NCBI RefSeq assembly: GCF_009914755.1
Contig: NC_060944.1
Direction: 5' to 3' (one strand)
From: the human T2T-CHM13v2.0 reference genome, Homo sapiens
DNA: 64,000 bases
Positions 49,211-64,000 of this stretch are shown piece after piece. The position numbers and the translations under genes were made by a program. Each line of letters starts with the position of its first letter. Positions within the stretch are counted from its first letter, which is position 1. A model generated the notes under the pieces. It was not told the DNA's origin, searched no databases, and was given only the letters and a program-made list of their open reading frames with translations.

Positions 49211-49695
49211 TCATCTATACTTTACACAGAAAATGTTTAGCTGCAAAATTTTGAAGGGCGCTTATAACTTAACAGCACTACACTCAATGTTTTATATCAA
49301 TTCTCATCTATATCCTCTAAACAATCTTCTGAGATAAATACAATTATTATACTTAAAATACCATATTATACTATAGTATTATTATACTACATTATACAGA
49401 TGGGGAAACTGGGGCAGAGAAATTTTCAATACCTTGCCCAAAGGTATTGAACTTCTGCAGATATTGAACATCCAATAGAACTTACTGTAATGATGAAAAC
49501 ATTCCCTATCTGCATTTCTAACACAGCAGCTACTAATCATATGACTATTAAGCACTTGAAATGTGTAACTAAGAAACTGAATTTCAAATTTGACTTCATC
49601 TTAATTTTTATTTTTAATAGCCACATCAGACAGCACAGCTTTCGTGGGGAGAACCAGGGCATGATATGAATACAAGCAGAAAGAGAATAATTGTC

Positions 49696-49990
49696 AGGCC
49701 GGGCACAGTGGTTCACGCCTGTAATCCCAGCACTTTGGGAGGCTGAGGTGGGCGGATCATTTGAGGTCAGAAGTTTGAGAGCAGCCTGGCCAACATGGTG
49801 AAACACCATCTCTACTAAAAATACAAAAAATTAGGCAGGCGTGGTGGCGCTCACCTGTAATCCCAGTTACTTGAAAGGCTGAGGCAGGAGAATTGCTTGA
49901 ATCCGGGGGTGGAGGTTGCAGTGAGCTGAAATTGTGCCACTGCACTCAAGCCTGGGTGTCAGAGTGAGACCCCATCAAAAAAAAAAAAAA
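49696..49990 (+). mobile_element. AluS
   Basis: TSD agagaataattgtc. Confidence 0.9.
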
Positions 49991-50711
49991 GACAGAGAGA
50001 GAGAGAATAATTGTCCACGTGTCTCACCAGTGATAAATGGGGGATCAAGGATTTAAACCAGGAATTTCAAACCCCGTATTCCACCTCTTGGCACCAAAAT
50101 TATCAACCAAGAGCCAGCAGCATCCAGGAGTCTCTGGGCCAGCATTTGTAGAAGTAAATCTGCATAATGGTTCTTAGGTATTTGAAGAAAATAAAAATTA
50201 CAGTTGTGAACTGTCCAGGAGCCTGTCCTAGGTGATCCAATATCTCCTAGACTTAAAATCTGAAGGTTAATTCTAGGTATTTCTGAGAGACACTCAGGTT
50301 GTCCAGCACATCAGCTTCTGCAGAACTGTTTCCCAGGCCCAAAGGAAGCTCCATGTTGGCCTGGTAGCTACAAACACAGACAATTTCTCCAGTTAGAATA
50401 CATGAGGAAAACCATTTTTTTCTGGCTGAGGAAGGTGTCAGACACAAAAGACCAGTGAAGGCTAAGAGGTTGTAAGTTACTTAGGATAGAAAGCCGGTGA
50501 GCCGTGTGCCGACCCAGCTGTCACCCTAGCCAGAATGGCAGCCCCTCAGGGGGAATTTTTTACTTGCAGTTCATTTGGAGCAGAGCTCTGGTTCTTCCAG
50601 GAAAGCAGTGGCAGGCAGCAGCCCTGGACCTGGGTAGGGGGGCCATGGACACAGCTGTGAATGCCACAGGCACATGGCAGCATGTTATATTGTGTCCTCT
50701 CCTTTTTCCAG

Positions 50712-50837
50712 TGGGAAAAACAGAATGTACGATGTCCTCCAAGAGACCATTGAAAACGATTTCCCAACCTTCCTGGGCAAGATCTTTGCTTTCCTCGCCA
50801 ATCCAGGCCTGATCATCCCAGCCATCCTGCTGATGTT
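50712..50837 (+). CDS. TMC2: TMC2 coding exon (probably exon 17): GKNRMYDVLQETIENDFPTFLGKIFAFLANPGLIIPAILLMF
   Basis: ctttttccag|TGGGAA ... ATGTT|gtaagt; 126 nt, phase 2 to 2. Confidence 0.96.
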
Positions 50838-53232
50838 GTAAGTTAGCCAGGACCCATGGCTCCACCCCACGGAAACTTCTCCTTGAATTTGAGACTTCCT
50901 TGGCAGGTCCTTTTCATCTTGCCTTCTTAGTCTGCACTCCCCAGAAGCAGAATCCATGACAAGGATTCAAGTGTAAGTATTTTATTAGGGAGGGGGTGAG
51001 GACTTGAGACAAGGAAGGGAAAGGAAAATGCATGGTTATCACTGTGAGAATTCTGGGAGGCAGTGTGCCTCAGACTCAGCCCTCCCTAAGGGCAAAGGAT
51101 CCAAGGCATTTATAGACCAGCTCCCAGCGTCATTCATGGGTAAAATGGCTTCAAGGGGTGTGAGTGAGGGGTCCAAGAGGGAAGGGAAGCTTCTGGTAAC
51201 AGAGATGAGGGCACCAGCAAGTGCAAGTCTTTTGGAGCACACTGAAAATTTGGGTGAGCCCTGACAGTATCTGCAACAACTCCCACTAAAATGCTCACTA
51301 GAAATATCAAAGTCCTGTGGGCTCTGAGCCTATCAGGAAGCTGAACGGTGATTCGGCCTGATCCTGGCTGGGCCCACAGCACTACTCGATGGAGCAGCTT
51401 ATACACTGGAACAAGCTGGTTCCTTCATCACTGTCCCCCTCAACAACCATTAGAGAACAAGTTCGAAAATCTCTGTATCCCCGGTGCCAGCCTAATGCCT
51501 AGAGCATAGCAGGCAAACAGTAAATGCTCAAGGAAAGAACTAGGGAAGAAAGGCAGGAAGCCAGAGTCTTGGATTGGAATTGTTGCCATCAAAAAATGTG
51601 CTAGTAAAAATGTTAGCATTTTTTCTTTATTTAAAAAAATCTTATTTTGGCATGCTTTTTTAAAAATTATGAAATATTCCCAGCATACAAATGAGTACAG
51701 ACAACCATGTACACGATCACAAGATTCAACAGATGTTAACATTTTGCAATATTTACTTCAGGTTTATCTTTCTTCGTAATAGAAATAAAACATTACAGAT
51801 GCACTTCAAGCCCCACTCAATCCTTCTTTCTTCCTCCCTCCCCAAAGGTAACTATTATACAGACTAGATTTAATTATTTCCATGCATATTTTGTACTTTT
51901 TAATCACATGCGTGTATAGTACTGTTTCCGGAGTTTTAAACCTTTTCATGAATGACTCACATTACATGCTTTTCCTCAAACAACATTATGTTGGGGGATT
52001 TATCCATGCGGATACATGAGCACATGTTTGAAGGCTCTACTATGTTCCATCTCATGAATAAGCCACAGTTTATCCATTCCTCTGCATAGGGATAGTTAGG
52101 CTGTTTCCACTTTTCGGCTATTGCAAACTGCGCTCCAGCCAACATTTTGTATATATCTCCTTGCACAATTCTGAGAGTTGCTCTAAGGTAGACATCTAGA
52201 AGCAGAATTGTGGGTCATCAGCATGTGTTTCTTCAATCTTTTTAGATCTTACAGAATTGCTCTCCAAAGTGGTTGTATTCCCTTTGGACTGTTATTTATA
52301 AATTCCAACTCTCCGGTGAAATTCTCCAGCTTTCTATTTTCTTGAACATAGTGGTTATAATTACTTTTAAAATCCCAGTCTGATATTCCAATATCTGAAC
52401 CACCTGGGTGTATTTTTGTTGTCATTTGTTTTCCTCTTGTTTATCCTCAGCCCTACTTTTATCATGGCATGTAATTTTTACTAGATGTCAGACATGTGGA
52501 TGAAAAATTATAGAGGCTGTGAATAATGTTATCTTTCCCCAAAGGGATGGGTTTTTTTTCCTGAAGGGCAAATGGAATACTAGGAGATCACTTAATCCTG
52601 TCAAGACTTGATGTTTTAGCTATCTATTATTACATAAGAAACAACCCCCAAAACTGAAAAATAATATTTTATTAATGAATCTGCAATTTGGGTAGGACTT
52701 AGCAGGAATCATTCTTTTCCTCTCTACTCAACATCATCTGGGTCAGCTCAGCTGGAGGCTGGAGGGCCCACTTTCAAGATGGTCACTCACATGACTGGCC
52801 AGCTGGCACTGGAGGCCTCACTTCCTTCTCACAAACTGCTTGGGCTTCCTCATAGTATGGTGGCTGAGTTTCAGGAGCAAGCATCCCAAGAGAATGCAGT
52901 GGATATACATGGCATCTTTACTTACTCCTGCCATACTCTATTGAAGCAATCACAAAGGGATACCCAGGTTCAAGAGAAAGAAATATAGACTTATCTTTTG
53001 ATGAGGCAATGACAAGATTCTAGAAGCACATGTAAGACAGGAGTCATAGTATTGTGGCCATCTTTGGAAAATAGTTTGCTATTGCTAGCTTTGGGCTTTC
53101 TCAGGGCTGATTTATTTCAGTTTTGCCCTATTTCCAAGACACTGACCTTACTCCTACAATGTGATCCTTACTATTGAGCACAGTCTTTTAGGGGTCTCAA
53201 CTGAAAGCCTACAGTGTTTACCAATTCCCTCC

Positions 53233-53667
53233 TGTGACAGTTACTACGGGACTGAACGAAGTAGGACGAACACAGAAATGAAGACAAAGAAAAAAAGGAT
53301 TTGTTTTAAAGAACGGGTCAGGGGACTCCTTGCTTCTAGTGAGCAAAGGCAGCCCTGAGCTTCTGCAGCCCTGAGCTTCTACAGCCCTTCGTATTTATTG
53401 GGTAGAAAGAGCAGGGAGGAGGAGGTAACGATTGGTCAGCTGTTTGATTGATCACGGGTTCACATCATTGCTAACAGGCCTCAGATGTGCCTAACCACAA
53501 GAAACACTGTGCCTGGGGCGTGACTGCCCTCAGCATTCCTTCTGGGTGCCGACATAGTTGTCAGCTTGCCAACATCCTGCATTCATGAGAACAGCTTGCT
53601 GTTTACTCATATAGCCTCCAGTCGTATACTGAGTTGATCACGACCCTCATTCTTTTGGCCTCCACCA
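53233..53667 (-). mobile_element. Class II (HERV-K-group, LTR3-like) solo LTR, 435 bp, 6-bp TSD ccctcc
   Basis: TG...CA ends; TSD at 53227-53232 and 53668-53673; minus-strand CCAAT and AATAAA. Family name is from memory of the consensus. Confidence 0.8.
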
Positions 53668-54319
53668 CCCTCCACCTTGGCAGGGCTTAAAACCCATTCT
53701 CTCTTTTCCCAATTCTTCCGTCTTTGCTTATTCTTTTTCTCCAGTAGTACTGCTACAGCCACTGTGAAATCTCTGCTCTGCTCTTCAGCCTCTCTAGTGT
53801 CATTTTCTTCTGGGCTTCCTGAAGCAATTGAAGAATTGGTCAATCATTTGAGGGCAATTTGTACACAGAGTTTGGCTTATTTATCTGCAATTTGTTCTTC
53901 TCTGGGATTCTGCCCCTCAAGTCCCAAAGACTGTGGCAGTAATTAACTCTGACCTGCATCTTCTCCACATTGTAAGATTTCCACTTTCTGCTTGGACTCT
54001 GCTTCTGGGTCACAAATTGGAAAATACTCTCAGGGAGAAACCCTGGAGGAATGTGGAGCTCACCTCACATGCTTCCCTTCTCTCAAGCATCAAGTCCCTT
54101 TAGTCTGCCTGTCACTCTCCCATGTCTTAAACTACAGTTTTGTAAATTTTGCTCAGCATTTACAGTTGTTTTTCTCTGGAGAGCTGGACCAATACAAGTC
54201 CCTTAGTCAAGACCAGAAAAAGAAGTCTTTTCTTTCTTCATTTGATTTTCCACAGAGGCAGGCTCCCTAGCACCAAAACAACAACAAAAATAATCTGTGA
54301 TCATTTTTATTAGAATTCA

Positions 54320-54652
<333 letters not shown>

Positions 54653-54888
54653 TTAAGTTTTCCAATCCAAGAATACTGTATTCCTTATCATTTTTTCATT
54701 TATGTCTCTCAATATTTTTAAGTTTTCTTCATAAATTTCATGCACATTTCTTATTAAATGTATTCCTCTGCATTTCTCTTTTTGTTATGATAAATTAGGA
54801 TAGCTCTTTCATCATACTTTCTAACTAGTTTTTGTTTTTCTATGTAAATGTTATTTATTTTCTATATATAAATTTTGTATTCAGTCAC

Positions 54889-55665
<777 letters not shown>

Positions 55666-56235
55666 TTATTTAATTCTTAGATCTCTTTTTTTCTCTGTAG
55701 GATTAATTAGTACCTTCCATGGGAAAAACAAGTTAATTAATATTTGGTGATAAAATATATTTTTGTATTTTTCCTGCATTTACAGGGTGGGGAGTGCTTT
55801 TAATGTTTTCAGTTAAGCACAGTACTGCTTTTTTGGAGAGTTGAGATAAGTATATTCATGAAATAAGGAAGAAAACAACCAGGGAATGTAAGTCATTGTA
55901 ACATAGGTATAAGAAATCAATAATTAGGAAAGTGGAGTAACTTTTCTAATTATTGATTTCTTACAGAAGTAAAAAAAAAAAAAAAAAAAAAAAAGTGACC
56001 TCAAAAGGTGGTGGTGAATTTAGGGCCATTACTAGCCCATATAGTACCTTGTGCAAATTTTTTAAAGGTGCCCACTCCTTCAGACAGAGGTAGGCCCATG
56101 CCAAGGGGCACATTTGACAAACAGAATATGGATAGATTTCAGCCAGCAGTCACCCCCTTAGTCAGGTGCCTTTTATGCAGTAAACAGCCTGTATAATGGC
56201 TATCTAAGCCAGAATCTTTTTCCTTTGGTGTAGAC

Positions 56236-56460
56236 CAGGGGTCATCAAACTGTAGTCCACAAGCTAAATCCAGACCACACTTGATTTTGTTAAATAAAGT
56301 TTTATTGGAACACATTCATGCTCATTCATTTATTTATTATCTATGACTGTTTTTCACAGAAAAAGACAGAATTTACTTGTTGTGATAAGGAATGTATTGT
56401 CTAGAAAGACTAAAATATTTATTGCCTGGCCCTCTGCAGAAAAAGTTTGCTGATCCCTAA
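56236..56460. mobile_element. MER58A-like hAT MITE
   Basis: caggggtcatcaaactgtag ... aaaagtttgctgatccct. Confidence 0.75.
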
Positions 56461-56659
56461 TGCAGACAATAAGGAACCACTTTCAAATATGCTTTGACAC
56501 TGAACTTAAAACACCTAATCAGTAAGACTTAAAAATAATGACAAATAATAAGTCCAAAAAATATTTAGAAGAAGAAGGAATTAGGATTGTAGAAGACAAT
56601 AAATCTTGAACTTGAGCCTTGATAAATTCAAGGCTCAGGAAAAGGAGTCGATTGCATTG

Positions 56660-60445
<3,786 letters not shown>

Positions 60446-62390
60446 GATTGAACTTTAGCCTTGGATGGGCTTAAAGACTTTGTTAAAACCTTCCCTCTTT
60501 GACTATCATCTTTGTTGTTCCTTAGATGTATCTGTTTGTCTCTGTCTGTTTATGGTTTGAAATTCCCAAAAAGTATTTCAAGAAATGGCTGCTCCTCATC
60601 AGGGCTCTCTTCAGCTACAGGATAGTCTGATGAAGCCGGCCTCCCCCAACGCTGTGGTCAGTTTCCTGCCCGCTGCTCAAAGGCTGCCAGCCTGGAGGGG
60701 AACTGGAGCTCCACACTCTGCAATGGCGCCTCTCCTTCAGCACCCTCTCTGGTAGCTTACTCAAAATGAACATAGACTCACAGAGATTCCAGGACCCTAA
60801 GGGGGCCAGAGTGAATGTAGAATCCTTTCATTTGTTCATCTATTCATGTAACACCCATTCTTGAAGATCTGCTCTGTGCCCTGAATACTGTCATTGCCAA
60901 CAGCAAACACTTGTGTGTTGTTTTATATCCTTGATTTCAAATTTCCTCTGCTGCTGGCATGACAGGGATGACATGATAGTGACAATCTGGATTGCCTTGT
61001 GCCCTCCTGGGGAAATTCTGAAAGCCAGACACCAAACCTGACCCTGAAGGCACCAAGGAGAAATGCTAAATTTGGAAACAACCTTGGGAGGTACATAGCC
61101 ACCCATGAGCATTTTATCCACCATTTGCTGGGTCTGTGATCTTGAGCCAGACAAGTTACCTCTCTGGCCTCTGACCTCTGATTCCTCCCTTAAAAAAATG
61201 GGCTAATTAGGTAAATGGCAAGGCCTGGCCCAGAGTAATGCCTTACATAACAGAAATTGGTCTCTTCACCTGTCCTTTATTCTCTCCTCCCCTCACCTAT
61301 AGTTCTCTGAATCTCTGAATCCTTGCTTCAGAAGGCTCACTTGACAGCCTCTGACCTACACTCTGCCCCAAAGACCATGGGGCTCCTCTTCTCTGACTGG
61401 AGAGGGCTCACAGGCTCTATTGAGGCAGCTATGGATGGCCTAGCCCTGAGGGGGAAGGTTCCAGAGACCAAAGCTGGAGCAGCTGAGCTTGAAAGTCATG
61501 GAGAAAAACTACTAATAAGGATGGACATAAAAAGCTAGCAGATAATAGGCTGGCAAAGCATCCACTCCAGGTGGCAGTCTGGCTTTTGTGTGTCCTGTGT
61601 AGTACAGTTCAGGTCATAACCCCAGACCTTAGGTCCTGTGAAAAGAAAGCCTGGGCTGCAGCCTCAAAGGACACCCGATCACCTAGTGAGCCAATGGGGA
61701 CTGGACTCTAAAACCCATAAGGTCAGGGCCAGACATGCTAGGGCACTCTGAGCAGGAGGCTTCAGAGCATCTGCAATTGTGCTTCTTCGGCAAACTTAGG
61801 TCTCTGAACACCTCCACCTCTCCCCTCTCAGGGTTTGAAAACTGTAGAAAAAGTGTTGGTTTCCAATGTGGGCTGCAAAGAGTACTCATGGGTGGGATGA
61901 CCTTGGCAAATTATTTAACCTCACTGAGTCCCAGGACCCAGGCCTTTAAACACAGAAGTCTACTCTCTGCTTCATGGCATTTTCATCAAAGCCAATGAGA
62001 TGGGGTGGGGTGGGGGTGGATTGTGCACATGTCACAGAGCTTGGCACAGGGCAGGTGCCCAGGAAACGTGACCAGCTTCTTCTGCAGTCAGTAAACCCTG
62101 CCACCCTCTGACCACCTCAGATTTCCCAGAAGAGGGATGATTCCTCCAGCCAACCTTTACTGAGCACTCTCAGAGCTAGAGCTATGTAGTTATGCCCACG
62201 CATAATAAAATAGAGAGGATGCAGGGGCATCCAGGACCTTCTCCACATTGAGAAAAGAAGATGGTAGGACACCCACCCAAAGCCTCAGTAACTATTCCAG
62301 GAATCCTGCCCTGATTCCCCAAGAAAGGCGCCCAGCTCCTATCATCTGCCAAGATCACGGGACCATAGGAGGCACGCTTTTCTCTTGCAG

Positions 62391-62469
62391 CTTGGCCATT
62401 TACTACCTGAACTCAGTTTCCAAAAGCCTTTCCCGAGCTAATGCCCAGCTGAGGAAGAAAATCCAAGTG
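62391..62469 (+). CDS. TMC2: TMC2 coding exon (probably exon 18): LAIYYLNSVSKSLSRANAQLRKKIQV
   Basis: tctcttgcag|CTTGGCC ... CAAGTG|gtgagt; 79 nt, phase 2 to 0. Confidence 0.95.
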
Positions 62470-62921
62470 GTGAGTCTGTTGGGAGTTTCATCCTGGAGGG
62501 TAAAAAGAGATCATGTTTTTGGTTTTTGCTAATTTGCTGTGTGAGCCCAGCTGTGTTATCTAAATGGCTTTCTTCTAAACCAAATCCCAAAATATCTGTA
62601 TTATGGGAAGTAGCCTTGTGAGATTCAACAGCATGCATTTATATTATTGAGGCTATTTGGTGATTTGTGACAATAATGACTTAAATTTCAAGGGGTTACT
62701 AAAGAACAGGAGAAATTCAGTGAGTTCAGCCAATGCTCATACAGAAAAAGCCAGTATCCACAATAACTCCTACAGGTTAAAGTGAATATTTAAATACTAA
62801 AAGAAATGTTGTCAAAATCACATATTTCTTGTGCCCTTTAGCCTAAAAGATCTCCTGAGTCCCCTTCACACATGGGAAGCCTCTCTCAACATCCCAGCTG
62901 ACACCCTACTTCTGACTGCTG

Positions 62922-62923
<2 letters not shown>

Positions 62924-62969
<46 letters not shown>

Positions 62970-62970
62970 C
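62924..62970. repeat. (CA)n microsatellite
   Basis: Seen directly. Confidence 0.95.
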
Positions 62971-62999
62971 CCTAAAATTCAGACCCTAACCCTCCCTAA

Positions 63000-63368
<369 letters not shown>

Positions 63369-63563
63369 CTTCTTCTGTTAATCTCACTGGGCTCCTGCCC
63401 AGGTACAGAAAACCACTGAAATAGAGGATTGGAAAGATCGCTGTCTTCTGGCCACATGTTCCTTCAATTGCTATGTGAATCTGAGAGCCTCAGGCTGCCC
63501 TCTCCAATCAGCTGTGAGGACCAGTAACAGGCAGTTTAAGATAGACACCAAGAACTGAAAACA

Positions 63564-63865
63564 GGCCGGGCATGGTGGCTCACGCCTGTAATCCCAGCAC
63601 TTTGTGAGGCCGAGGCCGGTGGATCACCTCAAGTCAGGAGTTGAAGACCAGCTGGGCTAACATGGTGAACCCCTGTCTCTACTAAAAATACAAAAATTAG
63701 CCAGGTGTGGTGGCACACACCTGTAATCCCAGCTACTCGAGAGGCTGAGGGCAGGAGAATCGCTTGAACCCAGGAGGCAGAGATTGCAGTGAGCCGAGTT
63801 CACGCTGCTGCACTCCAGCCTGGGCAACAGAGTGAGACTCTGTCTCAAAAAAAAAAAAAAAAAAA
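63564..63865 (+). mobile_element. AluS
   Basis: Alu consensus; ends ~70 nt before the last acceptor. Confidence 0.9.
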
Positions 63866-63937
63866 TCACTCTCAACACCTCTGAGCCTCAAAGACCCATT
63901 TCCTGGGCCAGAACCAACAGTTCATTATTTCCTGCAG

Positions 63938-64000
63938 CTCCGTGAAGTTGAGAAGAGCCACAAATCTGTAAAAGGCAAAGCCACAGCCAGAGATTCAGAG
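63938..64000 (+). CDS. TMC2: TMC2 coding exon (probably exon 19), cut off by window end: LREVEKSHKSVKGKATARDSE
   Basis: tttcctgcag|CTCCGT, phase 0, open to the end of the window. Confidence 0.92.

Overview
Primate (most likely human) genomic DNA covering the middle and 3' part of TMC2 (transmembrane channel-like 2, hair-cell mechanotransduction channel) on the + strand. I reconstructed 14 consecutive GT-AG coding exons (5535 to the window end) that splice into one uninterrupted frame of 601 codons ([27 protein letters not shown]...CWETAVGIEFMRLT...EFDISGNVL...LREVEKSHKSVKGKATARDSE). They are probably exons 6-19; that numbering is recalled, not derivable from the window. The rest is intron filled with about 40 Alus, L1/L2/MIR fragments, MaLR and ERV LTRs, hAT and mariner MITEs, and microsatellites. 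Almost all ORFs in the supplied track are repeat-derived noise. No prokaryotic, CRISPR, rRNA or tRNA features are present, and I cannot claim a proven new biological system. The most unusual signals are: (1) an old templated insertion inside an L2, holding a 79%-identical copy of the exon-8 3' end and donor plus an inverted copy of nearby DNA; (2) an 80-codon read-through ORF after exon 16 that ends inside a MER3 transposon; (3) a ~900-bp decayed, protein-like minus-strand segment in intron 7; (4) a candidate cryptic exon at 9308-9410; and (5) several atypical mobile-element structures. Repeat family names and boundaries are recognised by eye and approximate.
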